From a virus, in the IMG/VR virus record IMGVR_UViG_3300045988_082157: DNA of 35,977 nt; one strand, 5' to 3'. The notes beneath the pieces are model-generated. The model had not been told where the DNA came from. It did no database searches and worked only from the letters and a program-made list of their open reading frames with translations. The position numbers were made by a program, and so were the translations under genes. Below, in pieces: positions 1 through 9,426 of the stretch. Each line of letters begins with the position of its first letter. The first letter of the stretch is position 1.

Positions 1-55
1 AGTCGGCATTGTACCACGCCAGCCTTGCGCCATATTCGTTCCATGCAATGCCGTC
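1..55. repeat. Terminal direct overlap, identical to 35923-35977
   Basis: agtcggcattgtaccacgccagccttgcgccatattcgttccatgcaatgccgtc occurs at both window ends. Confidence 0.95.
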
Positions 56-1699
56 ACCGCCGATGCGATAAATATGAACCGCGCCGCCGTCAAATGGGAT
101 AAAGCCGGTGGTCGTGAAGTGGCTGCTTGCCGACAATACGCCGCTGGAACTGAGCATCTGCCCATCCGTATACGGCGCAGAGGCCCCGCTCGTGTCCACA
201 GCGGTCGGGACAAGGTTATGATACGATACAACCTTTGCCGCCTTCGCCGTAATGACCACGTCGCCCGTGACCTTCGCGATGCGGATGACACCGGAGCTTT
301 CCGTGTAGGCGGAGGCCGTGATGTCCACGCCGCCCATCGTGACCGAGACCGTCTCCATCGTGTAGCCGCTCACCGCCGAAAGCGCCGCCGTATATTCCGT
401 GCCGTCCTCGGCAGCGACTGCGTCATTGCTCGTCGTCACATGCGTCAGCGTGTTCGTGATGCTGTGATAGACCGTTGCCGCGTACCCGATGGTTCTGTCC
501 GTTCCTGCGCCGTAGCAGAACGAATAGATCACCTGCTCAGACGGATTGATGACGTTAATGTTGAACGCCGTGTCTTTGCCCGTCCCTGCCGTCTTGTCAT
601 ATGCCACAGGATCACCGAATGAGATTCCGTACATGGTGACGACGCCGGAGTTGTTGCGGTAAAAGCAGGCGTTCGGCGTGCACATCCGCCATGCGTCAAA
701 CTGTGTGCCTTTCCCGTTTTCCACGCTGTGGAGCTTGCCATACTGGAAGCAGTGATTGTGCCCGTGGACATTTGCGACGAACTTCGCCGCGTTTTTCCCC
801 TGAAAATTGATCCGTTCTCCTCCGACAACGGCTACTTCTCCATTCACATATGCCTTTACGATGTTTCCCGCGGGATACGCGCCGCCCAGATCGAGCGGAT
901 AGTGTGCCAGCACGAGGATGCCCCACTTGGCGGCATCGGCCTTGCTGCCCACATCGCTCAGCGTCTCCGCAAACCACATCAGCTGCGCATCGGAGAAGAT
1001 TTTCGGAGCACTTGCGCCTCCCGTAGTCTCGCCCTCACAGGAGTTCAGACAGATCACGCGCAGCTTTCTGTCCGGAAAGTCCCGATAACAGTAGCCGTAT
1101 TCCGTGCTTCCGTAGACCGCGCCCTCGTTGTATTTCCAGATGTTGTTTTTCAGGAATGCCGCGCCGACAAGCGTGCTGTACTCTCCGGTGTCGTGGTTTC
1201 CGACCGTTCGGAACTGCGGCACATCGCGCCATGCCTCACCGAGCCAGCCGTTGATCTCGTCAAACTGTGCCTGCATCAGTTCGGTCGTGGTCTTTGCGTT
1301 TCCGAACGTCACATCGCCGAGCATACATGCAAAATCGAGCCTCGGCAGGCTGTACGCCAGCACCTTGAGCGCCATGCAGGCGTGCAGATTTCCGGCGTTG
1401 ATGTTCGTCTGCCAGCCGTCCGTCTGCGGCCCGGCGTGGTGAAAGTCGGAGACCGCCGCAAATACAATGCTGTCGTCTTTCAAGACACGCCTGACCTTCT
1501 CCGCCACCGAAAGCGCCTCCGCCTTCACATAGTCCGGAATCTCCGCGTGCTGTATGCTTTCTTTTGCCGAAATCGCATCCACCGCATCTCCGAAGCCCTT
1601 TGCGTCGTCCCAAGCGAGCTTTGCCGCCGAGCCGGTTTTCGCGCGAATCCGGTCTGCCGTGTGGGTCAGCGCCGCACCGTTTGTCAAATATTCACTCAA
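1..1699 (-). CDS. Tail fibre/receptor-binding-type protein with a calcineurin-like metallophosphoesterase domain (N-terminal 566 codons; the ORF continues across the circular junction to its stop at 35720, about 633 aa in total)
   Basis: This ORF is not in the ORF track because it runs off the window edge. It has a TTG start at 1699 overlapping the fibre stop, with GGAGG 9 nt upstream. My translation shows the ordered metallophosphoesterase motifs SDFHH, LGDVTFGN, VGNHD, LAHYP and HGHNH. An Ig-like segment follows (ATVYHSITNTL...VIRIAKVTGDVVITAKA). The frame stays open to position 1. Confidence 0.75.
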   Translation of the reverse strand, partial: MSEYLTNGAALTHTADRIRAKTGSAAKLAWDDAKGFGDAVDAISAKESIQHAEIPDYVKAEALSVAEKVRRVLKDDSIVFAAVSDFHHAGPQTDGWQTNINAGNLHACMALKVLAYSLPRLDFACMLGDVTFGNAKTTTELMQAQFDEINGWLGEAWRDVPQFRTVGNHDTGEYSTLVGAAFLKNNIWKYNEGAVYGSTEYGYCYRDFPDRKLRVICLNSCEGETTGGASAPKIFSDAQLMWFAETLSDVGSKADAAKWGILVLAHYPLDLGGAYPAGNIVKAYVNGEVAVVGGERINFQGKNAAKFVANVHGHNHCFQYGKLHSVENGKGTQFDAWRMCTPNACFYRNNSGVVTMYGISFGDPVAYDKTAGTGKDTAFNINVINPSEQVIYSFCYGAGTDRTIGYAATVYHSITNTLTHVTTSNDAVAAEDGTEYTAALSAVSGYTMETVSVTMGGVDITASAYTESSGVIRIAKVTGDVVITAKAAKVVSYHNLVPTAVDTSGASAPYTDGQMLSSSGVLSASSHFTTTGFIPFDGGAVHIYRIGGDGIAWNEYGARLAWYNAD

Positions 1700-3831
1700 A
1701 ACGACGCACCTCCCGCCGAAGGAACGGTCTCCGCCGTCCAGACTCCGTTCACGACCCGTAGGAACTTTCCGTTGTCCGCCGCCGTTACCGCCGGTGTTCC
1801 CGGCTCTCCTTTCGGGCCTCGTTCTCCGGCAGGGCCCTGTTCACCGCGCGGCCCCTGCACACCGGGGTCTCCCTTCGGCCCCTGTGGGCCGGGCGTTCCC
1901 TCCACGTCTGCCCACGTTCCATCGCCACGCAGGAATTTGGTGTTGTCACCGACAGTTGGGTTCGGAACTATTCCTCCAGCTCCGGGCTCGGTGTCGGTTG
2001 CCCCCTTCATTGCGCGGTCTTTCCACACGACATTCACTTTATCGAAATCATTTACTCGTACCTGATATATCTGCTCGTCTCCAGCGCTTTGGAACAGACA
2101 ATACATCGCAGCACCAGGAACCTCAAATATATTTGTGAAGATGCATTTGACGCTTTTTGGTCCCCACACTCCCTGATCCGGATAATTACAAATTGGCAAC
2201 ATGCCGTTTTCTACCGCCGCCCTAATTTCGGAATACGTCTTATCGGCTTTCCATCCTTCGGCTTCACTGCCCGTGATGTTGATGACGAAACTGGATGCCG
2301 CTCCGGGTTCACCCTTGGGGCCTTTGATGTTCACATTATCAGGATTCGGCTTTCCGCCGTCATTCGTCCAAGAGAGGATGCCAGCGGTGCTGACAGAGGG
2401 AGTAAAGGTCGTTCCGTTGGCTCCGTCCTTGCCGTCAGCGCCTTTGGGGCCGACATCGCCCTGTGGGCCAGCGTCACCCTTCGGCCCTTGTGCGCCGTTC
2501 ATCACGTTTGCGGATGTCGTGCCGTTTCTGTCCTTTACGATGATCTTCGCGCCGCCGTTGATCGGCGTGACCGTCGCCTCCGGGCTGTATCCGTCGCTGC
2601 CGTCTTTACCGGCTGCTCCGTCAGCGCCCTTTGCACCGGGATCGCCCTTTTCACCGCGGGACGGCTTCCCGGTATCCTCGTCGCCGAGATACCAGTTCCC
2701 GTTTGCACCGATGGTCGGCGTGATGCCGTCCTTTCCGGCGGGACCGGTCGCTCCATCCTTTCCTGGGTCGCCCTTCTGGCCTTGGATGCCTTGCTCACCC
2801 TGCGGGCCGGTCTTGCCGATGGGGCCGGTATCGCCCTTCGGCCCCTGTTCGCCGGGTTCGCCCTTGTCACCCTTGGGGCCGGGGTCGCCCTTCGCACCCT
2901 GCAACGGGCCGTTGTTTATCCAAGTGCGCGTCACGCCATCATAGATGTAAATGTCATACGGCTCGGACGCGCCAACGCCGTAAGCATCGCCAACGGCAGG
3001 ATTTTTCACAGAGGTTTGGAGCGCAGAGACCGTGCCATAATAGCCCTTTACAACAAAGCCGGAGCCGGTTTCACCCTTCTGTCCGGGGTCGCCTTTGTCT
3101 CCCTTCGGGCCTTGCGGGCCTCTCTCGCCCTGCGGGCCAGTCTCACCCTTTGCTCCGTCTGCACCCTTTTCACCCGGAACACCCTGCGGGCCGGGGTCTC
3201 CCTTGGGGCCTTGTGCTCCGTCCGCGCCGGGGATGCCCTGCGGGCCAGCCTCGCCCTTGAGGTCGGAAACGGCAATCAGGTTTTCCCACGTAACGCCGTC
3301 GCTGGAATACTGGATGTACCCGCCGGATACCCGCATATCAATCGTGCCGCCGCCGGAGCCGCCGCCCGTGCGCGCTGCCTCGTTGATCGCGGCAACAAGA
3401 TTCTCCTTCGCCTTGGTGGTCAGCTCGGACAGGTCGCCGATTTGCCCCTGTATCGCCTCGAACCATGCCTTGCTCGGCGCGTCGGGTGGCGCGTCGCCTG
3501 CAAGCAGAGACGGCGCGCACACCGTGTCGTAGACGCAGGACTTCGCGAGCGTGCCGCCAACGCGCCACTGGAGCTGCGCCTTGCCGTATCCGGAGCACTC
3601 GGTGTCTGATGCGCTGACGGTCCAGAACGCCGTCCTGCCCTCCACAGACAGCGGCACAGGGTAGGCGGCAGCATCCATGCTGGAGATCGGCCGCCGGACA
3701 AGCAGAGCAGGCACGCCGCCCGGCCAATGCGCCTCGAACTCTTGCAGGTCGAAGGCGACACGCAGCGCGTTTTCCTCGCCGGCATGGCGAAGGAAAATGG
3801 GCTCGCGCAAATTTGCATTGATTGTGATCAT
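1696..3831 (-). CDS. Tail fibre with multiple collagen-like (G-X-Y) repeat blocks
   Basis: 711-aa ORF with at least 5 separate G-X-Y tracts (for example GEAGPQGIPGADGAQGPKGDPGPQGVPGEKG). Globular segments lie between the tracts. It sits at the distal end of the tail module. Confidence 0.85.
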   Translation of the reverse strand: MITINANLREPIFLRHAGEENALRVAFDLQEFEAHWPGGVPALLVRRPISSMDAAAYPVPLSVEGRTAFWTVSASDTECSGYGKAQLQWRVGGTLAKSCVYDTVCAPSLLAGDAPPDAPSKAWFEAIQGQIGDLSELTTKAKENLVAAINEAARTGGGSGGGTIDMRVSGGYIQYSSDGVTWENLIAVSDLKGEAGPQGIPGADGAQGPKGDPGPQGVPGEKGADGAKGETGPQGERGPQGPKGDKGDPGQKGETGSGFVVKGYYGTVSALQTSVKNPAVGDAYGVGASEPYDIYIYDGVTRTWINNGPLQGAKGDPGPKGDKGEPGEQGPKGDTGPIGKTGPQGEQGIQGQKGDPGKDGATGPAGKDGITPTIGANGNWYLGDEDTGKPSRGEKGDPGAKGADGAAGKDGSDGYSPEATVTPINGGAKIIVKDRNGTTSANVMNGAQGPKGDAGPQGDVGPKGADGKDGANGTTFTPSVSTAGILSWTNDGGKPNPDNVNIKGPKGEPGAASSFVINITGSEAEGWKADKTYSEIRAAVENGMLPICNYPDQGVWGPKSVKCIFTNIFEVPGAAMYCLFQSAGDEQIYQVRVNDFDKVNVVWKDRAMKGATDTEPGAGGIVPNPTVGDNTKFLRGDGTWADVEGTPGPQGPKGDPGVQGPRGEQGPAGERGPKGEPGTPAVTAADNGKFLRVVNGVWTAETVPSAGGASF

Positions 3832-3847
3832 AAACTATGCCCTCCAT

Positions 3848-3868
3848 CGGTGTCCGACTTGGACACCG
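3848..3868. repeat. Copy 1 of the 21-bp hairpin motif CGGTGTCCGACTTGGACACCG (intergenic)
   Basis: Exact 21-mer, identical to 23161-23181. It has 8-bp arms and a 5-nt centre. Confidence 0.9.
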
Positions 3869-4111
3869 TCACTTCGGATTCCCAAATGCAAACGCCACGA
3901 CCCAGCTGCCGGAGCAGCGGAGGCACACGACGCGGTTTCCTTTTGCAAATGTGAGCCCGGTGTTGCATTTGTAGTGTTTTGCCGTAGCCTCAGCCTGTCC
4001 GTCAAAAATCAGGCTGAGGCCGTCCGTGTATTTTTCTGCGACGGTCGCAAGGCAAAGGCTGCCCTCAGTCTGCGCCGCGCGCGGCCGATACTCTGTCATT
4101 CCATCCAGCAT
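3869..4111 (-). CDS. Small hypothetical tail/baseplate-associated protein (80 aa)
   Basis: ORF with an ATGA start/stop overlap to the upstream tail gene. Assignment is by position within the tail operon only. Confidence 0.55.
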   Translation of the reverse strand: MLDGMTEYRPRAAQTEGSLCLATVAEKYTDGLSLIFDGQAEATAKHYKCNTGLTFAKGNRVVCLRCSGSWVVAFAFGNPK

Positions 4112-5148
4112 CAGGCGATCACCGCCCTTCTGGCCGTGTGCTCCATCAGCTCACCGGCAGCAAGCGTCAGCGACCATGCCGTCTCCTCGTAGATCCCGCC
4201 GATATCTGCATCATCAATGGAGATCACATCGCCGACTCCATGGCCGCCCTCGGCAAGACCGGAAAACGTTATGGTCTTCGTGGCAAACATCGATTCGTTG
4301 CGGAGTTTGTTGACAAGAGCCTGAAGCTCCGCCTGACTCGCGATGTTTTTCACGGTTGCAACATCCACAATGCGCATTTTGCGCTTGAACGTAGACGTGC
4401 TGGAGGTAGGGGAGTCGTTGACTGCCGTTGCAGTCATCGGCGCCGGAAGATCCGGGTTCGAGCAGATCCGCACGAACACGTTCGGCCGGTCAAACAGGTC
4501 GAACGCCTGCGTCCGATCGTCTGCCATCGGCAGCATTTGCACGTCTCGGCTGCTGTAAGCGTGATCGATGCGGCTGCTGTTCGGCTCGCGGTACGGTTCC
4601 AGGCGGCAGACGCCGCGCGCGTCGAACCACACGGGATTATAGTTGATCTCTGCCAGCAGATCGTTGCAGATCGCCAAATAATCCGTTCCGGCCTGCCAGT
4701 CCTCGCGGTCGGTCGCGAGGACGGCATCAGACGGCGAGGCGAGGATCAGTGTGATCCCTGCCTCCGTCAGCAGCTGCTGCACCGCCGTCAGATACGGCGT
4801 GCCGGCCGAAAAGTGGCGGATGTTTTCCGTCCGGCTCTGCTGCACGCGCCAGCAGCGATCATATGCCTCAATGCGCCAGAGCTTCCCGAACTCCGTCAGG
4901 GTGTCGTCAATGGTCGTCACCTGGAAGACGCCCAGCGGCATTTCTACGCCGTTTACGATCATCACGGGCTGGAGCTCGTCTGACAGCAGATCGGCCTTCT
5001 CGGACGGGCAGAGCGTCGCGGACAGGCTGCCCTTGATCTCTGCGTCCTTGTCAACGTAAATGTTGGGCGGGGAGTCCGTCGGCCACGTCATTTGCGTCAG
5101 CTGCGCGCCATTGCGCAGGACGTTCATCCGGAACGAAACATCACGCAT
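4111..5148 (-). CDS. Tail-associated (Tal/prophage-tail N-terminal-like) protein
   Basis: It follows the Dit-like gene in the standard siphovirus order. The preferred start is the ATG at 5148 (MRDVSFRMNV), which overlaps the upstream stop by 8 nt. The ORF track start at 5184 is an alternative. Confidence 0.6.
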   Translation of the reverse strand: MRDVSFRMNVLRNGAQLTQMTWPTDSPPNIYVDKDAEIKGSLSATLCPSEKADLLSDELQPVMIVNGVEMPLGVFQVTTIDDTLTEFGKLWRIEAYDRCWRVQQSRTENIRHFSAGTPYLTAVQQLLTEAGITLILASPSDAVLATDREDWQAGTDYLAICNDLLAEINYNPVWFDARGVCRLEPYREPNSSRIDHAYSSRDVQMLPMADDRTQAFDLFDRPNVFVRICSNPDLPAPMTATAVNDSPTSSTSTFKRKMRIVDVATVKNIASQAELQALVNKLRNESMFATKTITFSGLAEGGHGVGDVISIDDADIGGIYEETAWSLTLAAGELMEHTARRAVIA

Positions 5149-7453
5149 CAATGCGGATCGCCTCCTCCCAGTCCGCCTGATCAACGGAAAATGTATACAC
5201 GCTGTAAAAACCGCCGTCTGTGCGCTCCGTGAGCTGAGCGAGGCATCCGGTTACCATGCGCCCCTCCGGCGTGCGGACGGTAACAAGGTGGCCGAGCATG
5301 GCCTCCAGCACCGCGCAGTCCTCCTGCGTGTAAAACGCGCAGGCCACCGAGATGCTTTGTGCCATGTGCTCGCTGCGCTCGATCACCGGGTAAGCTCGCC
5401 CGGCGAGCTGGACGGCTTGGACTTCCTGCTTTCGCGTCCGCGACGTCGTCCGATGCGCGCTTTCTGAGTAGGGGAGCGGCAGGATCGCGCCGGTATCCAT
5501 GTCGGACAGCGTGATGTACTGCACCGCGATGGTTGCGGCGACCTCCGGGGACAGGCCATAGTTCGCGCTGCCGCTGTAGCAGCCCCGCACCTGATACCGC
5601 ACGGCGCCGACGCTGGCGGCGTCCGTGAAGCTGCGCTCCGTTGTGCGGCCGATGAGCCGCCCGTCGCGGTAGATCAGGAAGAAATCATAGCTCCCCGTGG
5701 TCTGCCAGGCCAGCAGCGCCGCGTCATCGGCGTCGACCGTCAGAGAGATCGCAGCCCCAGGGACGTTCACAACCTGAAGCGCGGCTTCGCCCCACGGTGA
5801 CCACAGCCCGTATTCGTTCTGCACGCGCACGCGCACAGTGTATGCTCCGTCGGAAAGATACGTCGGGCACGTCCACGTTTTCTCGGTGCCATAGTACACG
5901 CTGCTGACGGGCTGCCCTGCAAGCTCGACCTGGTAGGCAAGCTGTTCGGCAGATTGCCAGCCGACGACTGGGCGCGGCGTCTGAGCGCGGACGGCCAGAC
6001 TGGGCGCGGCAGGCGCGCCGACGCATATAAATTCGGCTGGTTCGCTCCATGCGCCTGCGGCATTGTCAGTGTTGTATGTGCGCACCCGCCAGTATTTTGT
6101 GCCGCCACCGAGCGTATTCGGAGGGGCAGTGTATGTCGTTTCAGCTCCGGTCACGGTTGCCAGCGCGTTCCATGTCTGCTTATCCGCAGATAATTGCAGC
6201 TCGGCCTTTGTCTGCTGCGTTCCGGTTGAGATTATGTGAGCCCACTTAAAAACTGTTGGGCTCGCATTGTCCACGACCTCGCCGTTCGGGGAAACCGCTT
6301 CAGCGCTGGACAGCACCTCCACTGTTGAGAGTTCCATCCATTCGGATGTTGCGGAAATACCTTCCGCAGTGGCCGCCGTTACCTGCCATTGAATTGTGTC
6401 TGTAGTGAATGTTCCGGCAGGTATAGTAACAGATGGCGTTTCACCGCATTGAATTGTGTGGATTGCGGAATTGCTTGAAGACCTCCAGCGGAAGGTTGCT
6501 GTTTTTTGTGGGAGGCGGGTATAGCTGTCGCCGTAATCATTTCTAATTTGGCTGAGCATCCATGTGAACACATTTGGCTTTGTTTTTGCAACATACCCTG
6601 ATGCAGGGCTCGCCGATTTAATTGCTACACCGTATACCTTGTGCTCAAACCATTCCGATGTAACAGTCACACCGTTGTTTGCTGTTGCGACAACGCGCCA
6701 CATAATATCCCCGACAGGGAGCACACCCGGCGGAACGAGAATGTAGCTAGAACTATTCTCATCGGGTTGCGTAGCGGCAATGTCAATATCATGTATGGAG
6801 CTTTCTGTTTTTCGCTTCCATTGCACCTTTGCACTTTGTTGCTTTACTGCTGTGTACGTCACGTTCGAACTCGGAAGTGCGAGCCATGAAATTTTGGTTT
6901 CCGTACCAGCGCCCCATCCAAAATAGTTAGTATCCGTGAAGTTCAGCGTTACGTTGGCATCGTCGAATTCGACTTTCAGCTTGGGTTTCTGTGCATGGCG
7001 CGTTGTTGCAAGAATAAAGTAAATATGAGCGTCAAAAATAGCTCCATTGTCCAAAAAGTATCTAGCTTCCTTTTCGCTGTTGCTCTTGTCCATGATAAAC
7101 GTGTCGGCAGCGTAGCACGGCAAATTGCGTTTTTCGACACCCACGCGGCCATACGTATTTGTTATATCACGGCCCCCAGTTGTATAGGTAATGGCTTCTG
7201 GATCGATCGGCCTATCTATTGAGCCCAAACGTAGAGTTGCATAGGAATCATTGTAAACAAAGGCAACGACATAACAGCTCGCTGTTATACTGATTATCCT
7301 TTTAAACTTATACGAATCTGGGATTTTTTCGAACTGAACGCAAAGATACTGTCCAGATTCATACTGTACCGTTGGCGATGCATGAAAGTTAGTGGTTGGG
7401 CTATTTGGATCAAATGCACCGGATTTAATTCCGTTCAGCGTAAGGAAACTCAT
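5141..7453 (-). CDS. Distal-tail (Dit)-like protein with several FN3/Ig-like repeats
   Basis: 770-aa ORF directly after the tape measure gene. It has recurring modules ending in W-x-V...S-x-W (IMWRVVATANNGVTVTSEW, IQWQVTAATAEGISATSEW, KYWRVRTYNTDNAAGAWSEP, YTVRVRVQNEYGLWSPW). The N-terminal third (about 6380-7453) is visibly more AT-rich. Confidence 0.65.
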   Translation of the reverse strand: MSFLTLNGIKSGAFDPNSPTTNFHASPTVQYESGQYLCVQFEKIPDSYKFKRIISITASCYVVAFVYNDSYATLRLGSIDRPIDPEAITYTTGGRDITNTYGRVGVEKRNLPCYAADTFIMDKSNSEKEARYFLDNGAIFDAHIYFILATTRHAQKPKLKVEFDDANVTLNFTDTNYFGWGAGTETKISWLALPSSNVTYTAVKQQSAKVQWKRKTESSIHDIDIAATQPDENSSSYILVPPGVLPVGDIMWRVVATANNGVTVTSEWFEHKVYGVAIKSASPASGYVAKTKPNVFTWMLSQIRNDYGDSYTRLPQKTATFRWRSSSNSAIHTIQCGETPSVTIPAGTFTTDTIQWQVTAATAEGISATSEWMELSTVEVLSSAEAVSPNGEVVDNASPTVFKWAHIISTGTQQTKAELQLSADKQTWNALATVTGAETTYTAPPNTLGGGTKYWRVRTYNTDNAAGAWSEPAEFICVGAPAAPSLAVRAQTPRPVVGWQSAEQLAYQVELAGQPVSSVYYGTEKTWTCPTYLSDGAYTVRVRVQNEYGLWSPWGEAALQVVNVPGAAISLTVDADDAALLAWQTTGSYDFFLIYRDGRLIGRTTERSFTDAASVGAVRYQVRGCYSGSANYGLSPEVAATIAVQYITLSDMDTGAILPLPYSESAHRTTSRTRKQEVQAVQLAGRAYPVIERSEHMAQSISVACAFYTQEDCAVLEAMLGHLVTVRTPEGRMVTGCLAQLTERTDGGFYSVYTFSVDQADWEEAIRIDA

Positions 7454-9426
7454 TCCTTATCCACCCCCATTCTGTCGGTTCTGCGCTTATTGCGGGCGAT
7501 GCGCGCGATGTCGGTAAACTCCTTTACCGTGCGGGCCTCGATGGTGACGTAGTAGGTGTCTCCGCCGCCAGACTGCCGCGTCTCCTGTGCGGTAAGGATG
7601 CGGCTGCCGCGCGGGAGCACGACTTCCTCCGGGCCGTTCTCACCGAGCAGCGTCCGGCCGCCGCGCCAGAAGTCCGTGCCGGAAGCGTTATAGCCCTTTT
7701 GCATTTTCCACGCCTCGAACGAGCCGACCGGCTTTCCGGAGTTCAGCTCCTCCTCCCAGAGCGCATACAGATATGCGTCGCGGTTGCCGTAGTATTTGCC
7801 GTTTCCGAAGTACTCGCCGTAGCCGTTTGCGCCGGTTGCGTAGTTGGTGTCGGTCTGCATCCACTTTTCCTTCAGCGTCTGCGTGTGGTTGCCGTTTCCG
7901 TAGGAATATCCAAAGCCGGCCGCCTTCCCCATCTGCGACAAACCTTTCCATTTATCAGCACTCCAGATTGGGTTTGAATTGAATGCAATAAGCCCGCGGA
8001 TGAAGTCGATCGTGTCTGCGATCCCGGCCATGACCTCAGCCAAAGGCCGCAGCGCTTGCGTGAGCTTCGGGACGGAGTCCTCGGCAAGCTCGTTTGTCGG
8101 CACGATGAGGTCTCCGACAGACTCAAGGATCATGCCGAACGCATCCACAAGCCCGGAATCCTTGAGCGCCTGCCCGCCGTCCTTGATGAGCCTTGTGATC
8201 TTCTCGTAAAACTCGGTCAGGTACGGCGCGAACTGCTCGGAAAGCTGGTTTTTCACGCCCTCCTGCGTCTTCTGAAGCCTCTGGTATGCGTCATCGACGG
8301 CGCCGAGCGCCGCGAGCGCATCATTGTCGAGGACGTAGCCCATGTCGTGCGCCTCCTGCGCATACTCACGCAGCGTGTCCGCGCCCTGAACGATCAGCGG
8401 GTTGAGATCCTGCGCCGAGCGGCCGAAGATGTCCATTGCCAGCGCGTCGCGCTCGGTGGCGTTCGTCACGTCGCCCAGCGCGTCGATGGCGTCGTAAAAC
8501 ACATCGTTCGCGCTCCGGAGGTGCCCGTCCGCATCGGTAACGGAAACGCCGAGCTGCTGGAAAGCCGCCTGCGCGTTGCCGGTGCCGTTTGCAGTGTCCT
8601 GCATGTTGTTGGTCAGCTTGGTCAGCGAGCCTTGCAGAGTGTCGAGCGACACATCAATCAGCTCCGAGGCATAGGAGAATTCCTGAAGCTGGTCGGTCGT
8701 CTGGCCGGTCGTTAGCGATAGAGTAAGGATGTTGTCGGCGTAGGCCGCCGACTCCTTCGTCATGGAGATCAGTTGCTTTTCATCCTTTACGATAGCCGCC
8801 GCCAGCAGGCCGAGCCCCGTCACAGCAAGCGCTGCGCCCGCGTTGATGCCGTTCAGGGCCTCCGCGGCCTTTGCCGCACCATCCGGGAGCTGAACGCCGA
8901 ACTTCCCGCCAATGTCCGTCAGAGCCGTCCCGAGGCCCTTTGCAGAATCGGTGTTCAGGCTGAATTCTTCCTTGAGATTCGCAAGCGCCGTCTTGACGCC
9001 GCCGCCCTGCTCCTTTGTCTCGGCCAGGGCTTTTTTCACCTTATCCAGTGGAGGCGTCATTTTTTTGATGGCGTCTGTATTCTGATCCAGCTCACGCTGC
9101 ATTTTGCTGAGCTCCGCCTCGGCGTTGTTCAGCGCGACCTTCCAGCCGTTGGTCTTCTCGCTGCTTTCTCCGTACTCACGCGCGGAGTATTGCAGAGATT
9201 CCTTCAGTTTTTCGATCTTCTCCTGCTGCGTCAGAATGCTGCGTTCCAGAATATCATTCTTCTTCGTCAACGCCTCGACGCTCCCGGCGTTGTCGCGAAA
9301 CTGCTCCGAGGCAAGATTCAGCTCTGACTTCAATACCTTTAGGCCGCCGTTGATCTCAGCCAGCGCGGCCTTATACTCCCTTTCGCCGTCGAGCTTGATT
9401 TTTGTGTTGATTCCCGGTGTTGCCAT
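7450..9426 (-). CDS. Tail tape measure protein
   Basis: 658 aa, long alpha-helical/coiled-coil sequence. It lies immediately downstream of the G/GT chaperone pair, and its start overlaps the GT stop (TAATG). Confidence 0.85.
   Translation of the reverse strand: MATPGINTKIKLDGEREYKAALAEINGGLKVLKSELNLASEQFRDNAGSVEALTKKNDILERSILTQQEKIEKLKESLQYSAREYGESSEKTNGWKVALNNAEAELSKMQRELDQNTDAIKKMTPPLDKVKKALAETKEQGGGVKTALANLKEEFSLNTDSAKGLGTALTDIGGKFGVQLPDGAAKAAEALNGINAGAALAVTGLGLLAAAIVKDEKQLISMTKESAAYADNILTLSLTTGQTTDQLQEFSYASELIDVSLDTLQGSLTKLTNNMQDTANGTGNAQAAFQQLGVSVTDADGHLRSANDVFYDAIDALGDVTNATERDALAMDIFGRSAQDLNPLIVQGADTLREYAQEAHDMGYVLDNDALAALGAVDDAYQRLQKTQEGVKNQLSEQFAPYLTEFYEKITRLIKDGGQALKDSGLVDAFGMILESVGDLIVPTNELAEDSVPKLTQALRPLAEVMAGIADTIDFIRGLIAFNSNPIWSADKWKGLSQMGKAAGFGYSYGNGNHTQTLKEKWMQTDTNYATGANGYGEYFGNGKYYGNRDAYLYALWEEELNSGKPVGSFEAWKMQKGYNASGTDFWRGGRTLLGENGPEEVVLPRGSRILTAQETRQSGGGDTYYVTIEARTVKEFTDIARIARNKRRTDRMGVDKE

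Noticed and set aside
1-55. The 55-nt terminal repeat as a biological direct terminal repeat of the virion DNA
   Set aside because: It lies in the middle of a continuous ORF, and its length is typical of an assembler k-mer overlap. A circularisation artefact is the simpler explanation, and the true termini are more likely near 17643-17912.
728-2065. 445-aa plus-strand ORF (also 1554-2138 and 74-622)
   Set aside because: It is an antisense shadow of the minus-strand metallophosphoesterase and collagen-fibre genes. The product is Arg/Pro/Ser-rich and low in complexity with no motif, whereas the opposite strand encodes complete recognisable domains.
1800-3300. Periodic 9-bp G-X-Y DNA repeats considered as a CRISPR array or satellite
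   Set aside because: There is no repeat-spacer architecture. The periodicity is codon-level and lies inside one continuous ORF.
2089-3609. 506-aa and 247-aa plus-strand ORFs across the collagen-repeat region
   Set aside because: G-X-Y codon periodicity on the minus strand removes stops on the complementary frames. The products are Pro/Ala/Leu-rich, and there is no RBS or operon context.
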